A stretch of 63,977 nucleotides of DNA, counting the filler, from Octopus bimaculoides (lineage: Eukaryota), in assembly GCF_001194135.2 (NCBI RefSeq). It is 6 parts of 6 records of this genome, joined end to end, with 100 filler letters (N's around TTAATTAATTAA, not from the genome) between each part and the next. Parts side by side here need not be neighbours in the genome. Positions count along the whole stretch, not along the records: positions 26,619 to 51,181 come from NC_068984.1; 5 more parts are not named here. One strand, written 5' to 3'. The notes under the pieces are model-generated. The model did no database searches, was not told where the DNA came from, and saw only the letters and a program-made list of their open reading frames with translations. Shown here one piece after another: positions 27,214 to 39,540 of this stretch (positions are counted from its first letter, which is position 1; each line of letters begins with the position of its first letter). A program made the translations under genes and the position numbers.

Positions 27214-27979
27214 TACTTCTCGTGAATATTCCAAGCAGTTAAAAGACTTCATTTAATGGGTGCCTTTAACGCTAACTGCTAAAATTGAAAATTAATTATT
27301 TCATCTAAAAAAAAAATTCTGCTTGAAAATTTTAATTTTTATGCATTTGTTTATTTTCAGTTGTGGGTGTTTTGCCCTTCGGGAGTATGTCCGAAGGGTT
27401 TTTTTTCCAAGGAGGCGTTTTATATCAGAAAGTTTGTCCCATGCTGAATCAGGCTACACTATTTTAACAGACTATACTCAGTTATATCACATCAGTCATT
27501 GAGGGAACATCTATATCGTAATCTAACATGCAAGAACTAATAGCCAAATCGCCCTCAAATCATGTTTTTATGTCTTAAGGGAAGGGCATATTAAACAACG
27601 TGGTCCTAGATACAGCGCGAATGAAATTTCAAACAAATGCGCAAATGACCATAATTGGAATACTTTCGGAACATGAAGGATCAGAGAATAAACAATAACA
27701 ACAATAACATTAAAAACAATTTTAAAGAAATTAAAAAGAAGGAAAAGACAACAGCAACGACAACTGCTGGTTAATGCTCGTCTGGTGGTTTTGCTGTTAT
27801 CCGAAACACTAAAAATGACCAAGTAATGATGTGTACTGAACGCATCAAAGCTACCCAGCAGATATCTAAAATGAATAGAATCTATTATGAGGAGATAGAC
27901 CTGTATGATGAACACGGATAAAATTGAGGGAGTCTGCAAGATTTTCCAGATCAACGTCTGATTTGATGGTATCCACTGG

Positions 27980-28024
<45 letters not shown>

Positions 28025-29002
28025 NNNNNNNNNNNNNNNNNNNNNNNNNNNNNNNNNNNNNNNNNNNNNNNNNNNNNNNNNNNNNNNNNNNNNNNNNNNN
28101 NNNNNNNNNNNNNNNNNNNNNNNNNNNNNNNNNNNNNNNNNNNNNNNNNNNNNNNNNNNNNNNNNNNNNNNNNNNNNNNNNNNNNNNNNNNNNNNNNNNN
28201 NNNNNNNNNNNNNNNNNNNNNNNNNNNNNNNNNNNNNNNNNNNNNNNNNNNNNNNNNNNNNNNNNNNNNNNNNNNNNNNNNNNNNNNNNNNNNNNNNNNN
28301 NNNNNNNNNNNNNNNNNNNNNNNNNNNNNNNNNNNNNNNNNNNNNNNNNNNNNNNNNNNNNNNNNNNNNNNNNNNNNNNNNNNNNNNNNNNNNNNNNNNN
28401 NNNNNNNNNNNNNNNNNNNNNNNNNNNNNNNNNNNNNNNNNNNNNNNNNNNNNNNNNNNNNNNNNNNNNNNNNNNNNNNNNNNNNNNNNNNNNNNNNNNN
28501 NNNNNNNNNNNNNNNNNNNNNNNNNNNNNNNNNNNNNNNNNNNNNNNNNNNNNNNNNNNNNNNNNNNNNNNNNNNNNNNNNNNNNNNNNNNNNNNNNNNN
28601 NNNNNNNNNNNNNNNNNNNNNNNNNNNNNNNNNNNNNNNNNNNNNNNNNNNNNNNNNNNNNNNNNNNNNNNNNNNNNNNNNNNNNNNNNNNNNNNNNNNN
28701 NNNNNNNNNNNNNNNNNNNNNNNNNNNNNNNNNNNNNNNNNNNNNNNNNNNNNNNNNNNNNNNNNNNNNNNNNNNNNNNNNNNNNNNNNNNNNNNNNNNN
28801 NNNNNNNNNNNNNNNNNNNNNNNNNNNNNNNNNNNNNNNNNNNNNNNNNNNNNNNAGCAAACTAGTTCACTAATGGTAATAAATATAAGCGAAATACAAC
28901 CAGTGTTGGCAAAAACTATTCCCATGATACAACATCTGTTTCAATATACGATTTCGCATCAAGAATCTGGCAAAAAAAACGCAAAAATTACACACGCACA
29001 CA

Positions 29003-29087
<85 letters not shown>

Positions 29088-30468
29088 TCGCACAGACACA
29101 CTCACACACACACACACAGTGATTGTGGCCCACTGGTGTGGAATTGCAATTAAGCGAAATAAAATATGTCCCCGGTGCTGTTAGACTGAGTGGAATATTA
29201 TTTATCCAAAGCTGAATACGTGTGAACAGTTACACGGGGTTTGTCGTATTCGATTCCCAGGTGACTGATATTATGATTATTGAAACTTGTTTATACACAT
29301 TGAAAGGTGTTGCTTTACCTCCTCGTCGGCGTTAACTAGCATCCTAACAGTAGATCTGTAGCCTGTGATTGGGTCTCTTCACACAAGCACACTAATGTAG
29401 TAGAAACAGAAAATAATGGAATTTATTTCTGCTTCTTTCAGTAATTCTTAACTTTTACGCTTTAAGTTTTGCTCTGTTTTCATCCTGTGTTTTATTTTGT
29501 CTTCGTTCGGTTATTCTTATTCTTGTTGTCTCCACTCGCCTTCTTTATTCTCAGACTCATGTTCTTCATTATTTCTTCACCCGTTTCATTTTTATCATTC
29601 ATTTAAAATCTGCTTCCATTTCTTCTCTGCATTTTCTAACACACCTCATATACTTCAATATTATATACGAATTTCGCTCTATTTCTTCTACTTTCTATCT
29701 ATATCGTTTTCTCACTTTGTATTTTTGTTATGCTTTTAGATTAATATCCGTTTCTATTTTACATATTTATCTGTCTTCTTTCCACTTCTCTTTTAATCGC
29801 TTTATCTCTTCCTCTCTCATTTTTTTTCCATTCCTTCTTAAAATTTTGTCTACTCGCATGACTGCCTATCTCAACTGTTGACTGCTGGTTATTTCTCCTT
29901 TTCTTTCCAAAGCACCCACTCAACCTCACATATAACAATTCATCTACCTAGTTTATTTAACTACCTATTTAATACTTTTTTCTCTCTTTCATCACTCTCA
30001 GCACAGTCACTGGTTTCTCCTTCCAATTGGAAAGAAAGGGGGAACGCAAACAAAGAAAAGAAATACTCGAAACTTGACTTAGCGTGTGGCAAAAATTGTT
30101 GAGTTGTCCATTATGGTTCTGGTCAACTAAGAAACAAGGTAGAACAGTAAAACCAACAAACACAATCTTCCAAAAAGGAAAACAAGGAATAAATTCACAG
30201 AGCTTCCAAAACACGTTCAGCTTCAGGGATAAATAATAACATCTGCAATTATAATTCTTTCTAAATTTGGCACAAGGCCAACAATTTTGAGAAGGGCAAG
30301 TCGTTTACATCGACAGCAGTACATTACTGGTATTTTATTTTATCGACCTCGAAAGGATGAAGGGTAAAGTTGATTTCGATGGGATTTGAATTCAAAGCAT
30401 AAAGATCCGGAATGAAATGCTACTAAGCATTTTGTTCGACGCTATAACGATCCTGCCAGCTTGACGCT

Positions 30469-30533
<65 letters not shown>

Positions 30534-30535
<2 letters not shown>

Positions 30536-30835
30536 AAAACTGAACAACTATGCCGATTTGAAGTGGGAAATACGAAGGTTGTGGTCAATGAGGAGAGTAG
30601 ACGTGATGCCAATAGTAATTGGCGCACTTGGAAGTATCAGCACTCAACTACCAACATGGCTCAAAAAGCAATGTAAAGGTAGAACATCTACAAAAATCAG
30701 CATTGCTTAGAACTGCAAGAATTCTTTGCAGTGTTCTTGAAGCAGGACCAGTAAACAAGTGTCACCTTAGTCTGCTGGCTGGGGACAGCTGACACTTTCC
30801 ATAATACCCAGCAAAATAAGCTGTGACTTGTCATA
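30534..30835 (+). mobile_element. 3' fragment of a second R4/Dong-like RLE non-LTR lineage
   Basis: EKLNNYADLKWEIRRLWSMRRVDVMPIVIGALG then, after a frameshift/deletion, HLQKSALLRTARILCSVL; short 3' UTR; (AAT)n at 30472-30533 and 30836-30860. Confidence 0.85.
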
Positions 30836-30998
30836 TAATATTAATAATAATAATAATAAATTCAAATTACGATAAACGTAAACAAACAGACGAAGTTTGC
30901 TTTTAGAAGCGTTGATATGTCTTAGAAAGTTCAAGAAGTGATTTTAAATTCTCAATCACAGAATAATGCTAATAATATAGCCTGAACAGGATAAACTA

Positions 30999-31249
30999 CC
31001 CCTATTTTGCAGAGAAAAGTGTAGGTGGCTAGCTGTGGACTCGAACTCACATCCCCGTGATTACGCGTCACGATGCTTTGACCGATTAAGCTAAACTACC
31101 TACTACAAATTCCTCTGCAAATTTAAGATATATAAATCTCGCTTTATGAGACGCTCTCATATGTTAAATTCACATCGTGACGCGTAATCACGGGGATGTG
31201 AGTTCGAGTCCACAGCTAGCCACCTACACTCTTCTCTGCAAAATAGGGG
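30999..31249. mobile_element. 251-bp foldback/MITE with 77-bp tRNA-derived TIRs and TA flanks
   Basis: 30999-31075 and 31173-31249 are inverted repeats (76/77 identical); TA at 30997-30998 and 31250-31251. Confidence 0.85.
31026..31100 (-). pseudogene. tRNA-Thr(CGT)-like sequence inside the foldback element
   Basis: A-box TAGCTTAATCGG, D-stem GCTT/AAGC, anticodon stem CGTGA/TCACG around loop CGCGTAA, B-box GAGTTCGAGTCC; lesions in acceptor stem, T-stem and U33. Confidence 0.6.
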
Positions 31250-32404
31250 TAATAATAATAATAATAATGATGATGATGATGATGATAATAATAATAATAA
31301 TAATGTTTTTTATTGGCTACAAGGGCCGAAGACAAAACAAATAGGGACAGTACAATACAAGGGACAAATGGGGCTTAGCACAATGCCGTATATAAAACAA
31401 CAATAACAACAGTAAAATTAAACAATAAAAATTCCCCAAAAGCGGGGAGTTCCTTTTAGGGATAACGGAGGAAGAAGGACTCCCCCTTTTCTATCATAAG
31501 CACAAGACTTGAAATTTGAAGGGGTACTTATTTCATCGACCCTAAAAAGATGAACGGTAAAGTCAACCTGTGTGTTGTCACAGGGACATCAGATGAGAGG
31601 TCAGTTTAAGAGGACAGTTTGCAATTTGTGTGAGGGGGGGGGGTTACATAAAAGGGGAAGAAAAGAAAGGAAGAGGAGAGAGAAATGAGAAAAACTGTAC
31701 ACAGCAATAAAGCGAGACCGCCTTTGCTGGAGCACGTTGAGGACTGAGCTGAGCAGGAGGGGCGGGAGGGGGAGGGCGCTAAACAAAGATAAAAATCACT
31801 GTAACATCACCACTTATCATAACAACAACAACAACAACAACAACAGTAGTAATAACATAAACAGTAACAGCAACAGCAGTAGTGGGGCCCACACAAATAA
31901 AATACCAATAACAATATTTCTCACAGTAAGATGACTATTTGGTGAATTAGTACAGTCTGAGTCAGTCTCTCAGAACTAGGTGGCGCTATGTTAAATAGGG
32001 TTGGGATGGAGAGCAACTAGATTTGTAGGGCAAAGTAGTTGTCCCAGCAAGCATAGTAGTAGTGGTAGTCGTAGTGGTGGTGGTGGTGGTGGTGGTGGTA
32101 GCGGTGGTGATTGTGGTGACAGTAGTAGTGGTGGTAGTAGTAGTAGTTGTTGTTCTTGTTTAACCCCAGGCCAACCATTGTTGAGCAGACCTACGATGTG
32201 ATCAAAGGCAATCCAGTCATGAGCATTCATATAGTTCTTAGCGCTACATTATCTAATTTGTCCTTCCTTTTTTCTCAAAACTGAGGTTTGATTTTTAGGC
32301 AGATTTGACTGGTATTTCTTGCGTATCAAACAAACATAAAGAAGCTCCCTAAATGGCTTGGGTAGCTTCAAATACAAAAATAATAAAGACAGACATACAG
32401 AGAT

Positions 32405-32413
32405 GGAGAGAGA

Positions 32414-32495
<82 letters not shown>

Positions 32496-32525
32496 CAGAC
32501 AGAGACAGAGAAACAGACAGACAGA
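32405..32525. repeat. (GA)n/(GACA)n microsatellite
   Basis: Direct reading. Confidence 0.95.
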
Positions 32526-35500
32526 CAAGGAGAATATTATTTGAAGATTTGGTTGCTATTTTTTGTAGGTCGAGTGGTCATGTTGGAAAAAACAGTAGTG
32601 GAGAACTTTCGTTAATATAAACCTGTGATGACCCTGGCGAATTGGCAGAGTCGTTAAGGAGTAGGAGAAAATGGCTTTAGGGTTTTAATTCCGGAGAAAA
32701 TGGCTTGGCTCAAATTCAGTCGCGGTCAATTTTGCCTTTCTCCGTCTCAAGTCGATGAAATGAAGTACAATTCGAGGCCATTGAATTAGTGGAATTGTTG
32801 AAGCCTCTGACGAAATACCTTGCGGCATTTGCTCCAGCATTTTGTGCCTTGAGTACTTGATTCGTCGCCCGATTTAACATCACCACCTGGTTCTTGGGTG
32901 CATTTTGATGAAGTTCCGTTAGTTTCAAAGATTCGGGCCTAGTTTTCAGTGTGAGAATAATTTCCTTCTTTTCTCCAACCTGTCTGAAGCCCTGAAAAAC
33001 AAAGGGGTTGCCCTTTTCTCCTTGACTAAAATGGAGTGTGTGTGTGTGTGTGTGTGTGTGTGTCTGTGTACGTATGTGCACACACATATATGCACATATA
33101 TGTGTACATATGCATAAGCATATATGTACCACCCGTGTAGTGAATGGCCATAACGTAGCGTGGACTACATCCCAAGGATTGGACCTCCTCTTTTGCACGA
33201 AGAGATACTTCAACGTCCCCACCCCACCCCAACAATTACTGATACACTTCAGAGTTCAGGTGAGACCCACAATGTGAGTATTGCTTACACATCCATGACA
33301 GTGCTGTTGCTGCACACATGGATATCCGAGACTGCATGCAGAAATAGACCATCCGATAAACTGACATAGAGTTACTCATTAAAACACTTCAACCATTGGC
33401 CCGCAGTCATGCTGTCTCTGTTTGTCTCTTTCTCTCTCTCCCTCTCACTCTTACTCAATCACTCATTCTCTCTCTCTTTTTCTCTTTGTTTCTTCGTCTT
33501 TTCTATCACAAGTAGCCACTACTTCTTGAAGCCGGCTGGGCTTATACCGCTCCCACTCAAACACTCCCATTCCACGTACCTTTCTTCTTCTCATCACCTT
33601 TGTCGTGTCCAACCCAATCTAGCCACCCCCCGTACCAATCACTACACAATGTTTCTTTCCCCGAACGCTGGCTCTCAGGAGTTCCCTCCTAGTTCATATT
33701 TTCCTTGCAAGTATTGGCTCACACAGGTTCAAGAAAAATATTAATGGCACCAATCGTACTGGTCTAAGAGGGCTTGCAAAGACCATGGGCTTCTGCCCTT
33801 GCACCAGATCCAGAAAATAAAGCGAAAATGATTTAGAACCAGTTTAACAAGTTCTAAACCGTCTTAATATCATTAACCATAGATAATATGGCGAGTTAGC
33901 AGAATCGTTAGCAAGCCAGGCGAAATGCTTAGCGGTATTTCGTCCGTCTTTACGTTCTGAGTTGAATTTCCACCGAGGTCGACTTTTCCTTTCATCCTTT
34001 CGGGGTCGACATAATAAGTACCAGTTGAACTCTGTGGTCAATGTAATCGACTTATCCTCTCCCCTGAAATTGCTGGCCTTCTGTCAAAATTTGAAATCAA
34101 TATCATTAACCATAGGAATTGTTCTGCCCAATTTTTCAATACTCACTTTTGAAAAATCTCTATGCACATACAAATCAACAAGTATTTTACTTTATCGACA
34201 CCTCAAGAGATGTAAAACCAGTGGTACCCACGGTAGGATTTGAACTCACAACGTACAGCAGTCGTCTTCACACTGATAAAAAAATAAAAATAAGTAAACA
34301 TTTTTGCCCCATCTCTCTTATTAATCCTTTCTGCTATCAGCAAAAAGCCAACAATTTTGAGAGAATGGTGATTTATCGATGCCACCAGATCCAGCACTTC
34401 TTTATTTTCTCAGGCCTCTCGGCTCCCCCAGCGTTTCAATGACTTGATGATGTTGTTGGTTTATCGAGCCTCAGGGTTATGCTTGTTGCGGCGGGACTTG
34501 GCTCCCCTCCAGATAATTCGTTCTAAAATAGGCACAAGGAAAGAATTTTCGGAAGGGGATAGTCGATTGCGTCTACTCTAGTATTTGACCAGTGCTTTAT
34601 TCTAATCGACCCCTCAAGAATGAATGGCAAAGTTGACCTCGTCGAGATTTGAGCTCAAAACGTAAAGAGCCGGAACTCCTTTCCTAAAAGTTTCAAATTT
34701 TGGCAAAAAACCATGATCACTTCGACCTCACTGTTCAATTGGTACCTATTTTATCGACACCGAAAGGATGAACGGCAAAGTTGCCCTCGTTGGGATTTGA
34801 GCTCAAACCGTTAAGAGTTTGAACTCCCCTCCAGATAAGATAGCATCTATATTTCTCTTTCTTTGCCATGAAGTTGGACATGTTTACAAAGTCCAAAATC
34901 ATTTTTTTTTTTGTTATTTTTTAAAATTAAATATAGTAATTTGTCCACCCCCCCCCATGTTCAATCCCCACAGCTCTCTCCCAGGCTAACCAAATCCTGT
35001 AGGCATTTGATATGATGTTCCAACGATACAACCAATCCGTACTTATCTAGGACCGCAATATCCAAAGTATCCTTCTCTTCAGAGGGAGATTTGGTTGCTA
35101 CATCAGCAGGTCGAGCGACCACGTATAGTCTCCCTCATCGTCTCCTTGGCCTGATGGTGCTGTTGGTTACGATGGTACTGGTGGTAAAATTGATGTTGTT
35201 AGCATTGGTTCTGGTAGTGGTATTGGTGGTGTTGATAGCTCTCGTTGTTCCAGCTCGGCTTTGATTTAGCAGACCCCGTGATCCAATGTATTCCAGCCGT
35301 GACGGTCACGTCTTTTCTCTATATACACAGAACCTAGAACTGCAATATCAAGTGTGCCCCTATTTAAAGACGGTGGAATGTAATTAGACGATTATTTATC
35401 TCCTGTTTCTAGCAAGTCGAGCGACCGCGTGGAAAAACTCCCGCGTTGACGCGTTGGTGGTGGCGCTGTTAGTTAGTCTTGATAGGGGGGTAGAATAGGG

Positions 35501-35559
35501 AGGGTGAGTAGGGTGGGGTAATAGTGGTAGGTAAAGTAGCAGCTGTAGTGTGGAAATAG

Positions 35560-35929
35560 TGTGGTAATGAAGGTGGTGGAGGGTGTGCCGGTGGTGGTGG
35601 TGGTGGTGGAGGTAGTGGCGGTGGGTGAGNNNNNNNNNNNNNNNNNNNNNNNNNNNNNNNNNNNNNNNNNNNNNNNNNNNNNNNNNNNNNNNNNNNNNNN
35701 NNNNNNNNNNNNNNNNNNNNNNNNNNNNNNNNNNNNNNNNNNNNNNNNNNNNNNNNNNNNNNNNNNNNNNNNNNNNNNNNNNNNNNNNNNNNNNNNNNNN
35801 NNNNNNNNNNNNNNNNNNNNNNNNNNNNNNNNNNNNNNNNNNNNNNNNNNNNNNNNNNNNNNNNNNNNNNNNNNNNNNNNNNNNNNNNNNNNNNNNNNNN
35901 NNNNNNNNNNNNNNNNNNNNNNNNNNNNN

Positions 35930-35969
<40 letters not shown>

Positions 35970-36128
35970 ATAACAGCAGTGATGTGGGTGCTAGTAGTTG
36001 TTTAGTGGTGGTGGTGGTGGTGGTGGTGGTAGCGGTGGTAGTACAAGTAACATTGGCGATGATCGTGGTGGTGGTGGTGGTGATAGTAGTAGTAGTAGTA
36101 CCAGTAGTAGTAGTGGTGGTGGTGGTGA

Positions 36129-36168
<40 letters not shown>

Positions 36169-36185
36169 GGTGGTGGTAGTGGTCA
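35560..36185. repeat. (GGT)n/(AGT)n compound tract around a gap
   Basis: Direct reading; source of spurious poly-T/V/S ORFs. Confidence 0.95.
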
Positions 36186-37335
36186 TAGAGGAAATGCTAA
36201 TTAGGCACTAAGCAGTAACAACTCTAGTACTAATAGCGTCTTTTATTTATTTATTTATTTACATATTTACTAAGTTTTTAACTAATCAATTCCAAAATGA
36301 GCACAAGGCCATGAATCTTTTTTTTTATATATATATTTTGGTATGGGAGAGCAACAGTCAATGATTGAATTAATTAATCAGTAATTAACCGATTAATTTA
36401 TATCATCTACTCGACACCACCGCCGGATGGATAAAAGGCAAAGCTAACGTCGGCGGGATTTGAACTCACAAACGTAAAGAATCATAACTAAAATCAATTG
36501 TTAGTGCTTTGCTAATGGCCCTGCCAAATAACCTTTCTTTAAAGAAAAAAATAGTAGTTATAATAGTAGTAGTAGTAGTAGTAGTAGTTCCTGTTGTTTG
36601 TTCCCCTCTCCCATGTCAAGCCGGATCAAGTAGACTGAAGACCAACGCCGTTCCAACTGTGGCAAAGACGTCTGTTTTTTGTTTGTTTGTTTGTTTATAA
36701 GACGAAATGTGGCTGCTATTTCTAGCAAGCCTCTAGACCATGCTTACAGAAGTACAAGTTTCTGGTTGTTTGAGTCTTACCATCAAACAGATCTATGATG
36801 AAGGAGGGTGTTCCAATCTTAGCATGACCACCCCGTCTGTTTGGGTATTAAGGTCTGTTTAACGTGTCCTGCGTTTTTTCTCAGCTGGTAGTGAGTGATT
36901 TGGCTGCTATTTCTAGCACATAGTACGAACACTACGTGCCATTCTGGGACGTAGTACTTGTAGTAGGGGTTGTCGTTTAGCCCCAGACCTGACCAAATAC
37001 GTCCCAGTCATAGCCATCTCATCTTTCATTTAAGCCTTGCGTATCTTGGACTACTTTATGCAATGTGTTCCGTACTTTTCTTCACAACGTAGGGTTTAAT
37101 TGGAGGGTTATTTGGCTACTATTTCTAGGAGGCCTACCGAGCGCATAAAAGGCTTCCCCGTTGACTCGGACTAGACTTAGCAATACATGTTGTTTATTCC
37201 CGATTGTAGAGCCCTATGATCAGAGACATTCTAGCTGTGACCAACTAGCCTTTATTCTTGTATGAGCAACTTACTAGACATTGCTGTTACTTCTAACACG
37301 TTAAAGGACTTCGTAGCGGATCCCTCGGACGAGCT

Positions 37336-37761
37336 GTTGTTGTTGGCACTCCGTCGCTTACGACGTCGAGGGTTCCAGTTGATCCGATCAACGGAACAGC
37401 CTGCTCGTGAAATTAAGGTGCAAGTGGCTGAGCACTCCACAGACACATGTACCCTTAACGTAGTTCTTGGGGATATTCAGCGTGACACAGNNNNNNNNNN
37501 TTCTCGGGGGATATTCAGCGTGACACAGTGTGACAAGGCTGACCCTTTGAATTACAGGCACAACAGAAACAGGAAGTAAGAGTGAGAGAAAGTTGTGGTG
37601 GAAGAGTACAGCAGGGTTCGCCACCATCCCCTGTCAGAGCCTCGAGGAGCTTTAGGTGTTTTCTCGCTCAATAAACACTCACAACGCTCGGTCTGAGAAT
37701 CGAAACCGCGATCCTATGACCACGAGTCCGCTGCCCTAACCACTGGGCCATTGCGCCTCCA
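37336..37761 (-). mobile_element. SINE family C (tRNA-derived head, (CAA)n tail), full length
   Basis: Head GGCGCAATGGCCCAGTGG...GGTTTCGATTCTC; tail GACGGAGTGCCAACAACAAC; TSD CCCTCGGACGAGCT at 37322-37335 and 37762-37775. Confidence 0.9.
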
Positions 37762-38595
37762 CCCTCGGACGAGCTAACCAGCACAATACTAAAAGCCGTT
37801 GTAACAGCAGCAGCCATAGTTGTAGTAGTTGTAGCAGCAGCAGTAGTAGTGGTAGTAATAGTAGTAATAGAGATAGTAGTAGTAGCAGCAGAAACAATCA
37901 GTGGTAGTAGTCACAGTAGTAACATACAGTAGTTAGGACGACGGTGCTGGAGGTGAAGATGGTGACAGTGTAATGAAAGTCGTAGTAAGTATTTGTAAGG
38001 CAATGGGGGGAGTGATGTTCCTAATTATAGTAGGAGGTATTGATGGTAGTGGTAGTGGTAGTAGTAGTAGTAGTAGTAGTAGTAGCAATAATAACGAAGT
38101 GGATGCTAGCATACTTGATGAAGGAGGCTAAAAAATTTTGATTAGTTAAACTTACATCCTTAGCAATGAGAATAAGTATAGTATAAAATAATTCTGGCCA
38201 AAATTGGCAGGGGGGACAACTACAACATTTTGACTAAAATTAATTAAATAGACAAGTCGTGACTGTGTGCTTGAGACATTTGCTTCCCAAGCATGCCGTC
38301 TTGGTTTCAGTTCCACCGCACTGAACCTACGGTGATTCCTACTATAGCCCCGAGCCGACAAATACTCGTGAGTGGGTTTAGTCGTCGGAAACTGAAAAAA
38401 GCCTTGAGATACTTAGTAGAACAGATGGAGTTCATTACAAATTTGATTTTAAAGTTACTACTTATTCTATCGGCCTCTTTCGCCGAACCGGTAAGTTACA
38501 GGGACGTAAACAAACCAACACCGGTTGTCAAACGGAGGTAGGAGCAAGCAAAAGCACACACAAACACACATACAAACAGACATATATATATTCTG

Positions 38596-38785
38596 TTATT
38601 TGTTTCAGACATCTTGAGTGCGGCCATGCTGGAGCACCACCTTTAGTCGAAGAAATCGACCCCAAGACTTATTCTTTGTAAGCCTAGTACTTATTCTATC
38701 GGTCAATTTTGCCGAACCGCTAAGTTACGGGGACGTAAACACACCAACATCGGTTGTCAAGCGATGTTGGGGGACAGGCACACAA

Positions 38786-38816
<31 letters not shown>

Positions 38817-38967
38817 CGACGGGGTTCTTTCAGTTTCCGTCTACCAAATCCACTCACAGGACTTTGGCCAGCCCGAGGCTATAGTAGAAGTCACTTACCC
38901 AAGGTACTACGCAGTCGGACTGAACCCGGAACTATGTGGTTGGAAAGCAAGCCTCTTACCACGCAGC
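38596..38967 (-). mobile_element. SINE family A, near full length; further fragments at 38258-38402 (+) and 38455-38580 (-)
   Basis: Colinear with the 7.5 kb copy. Confidence 0.88.
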
Positions 38968-39476
38968 TTTTAATGCAGCTTGCATTTGATGTGATACGTC
39001 ACAGCGTTCTTTCTCTCAAACTCTGTATACTCTTCTAGTAGTAGAATATGTAGTAACACTTAGATTATTCTTCGCTGAGGAGGTAAAATGAGGCGAAAAC
39101 ATGTCCGGGGTTGTCATTAAACAGTTAAAAACTTAGTTTCATTCTCCAAATCCTTCTATGTGCTTTTAATAAAAATTTCTAAGTTGTCTCCCCTTGCCTC
39201 TTTTCTTTACTAGAATTATTGTGTATTTTATATTTTATTTTTCAATGATTGCACCCGGCGATATGTTGAAATATTCATTTATAAGATATTTTTGTTAACT
39301 ACATTAAGTATGTTCGTGCCGAATTTACTGCTGAGTTTTCATGCGGCTGGTCACCCAAGGAATTTTTCCTGGTCATTGCTGCAGAAAAGACAGGCTGTGG
39401 GTGTGCGCATGTGTGTGTGTATGTACGTATATATATGTATGTATGTATATGTACACACATATGTAGATATGTGTAC

Positions 39477-39540
<64 letters not shown>

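Noticed and set aside
27375-27406. CCCTTCGG/CCGAAGGG hairpin followed by T8, like a bacterial terminator
   Set aside because: Eukaryotic context with no upstream gene; chance or a transposon end.
32716-33030. About 100-codon minus-strand frame with apparent acceptor and donor
   Set aside because: Overlaps decayed family B SINE pieces (about 32630-32900); the donor lies in SINE sequence and no domain is recognisable.
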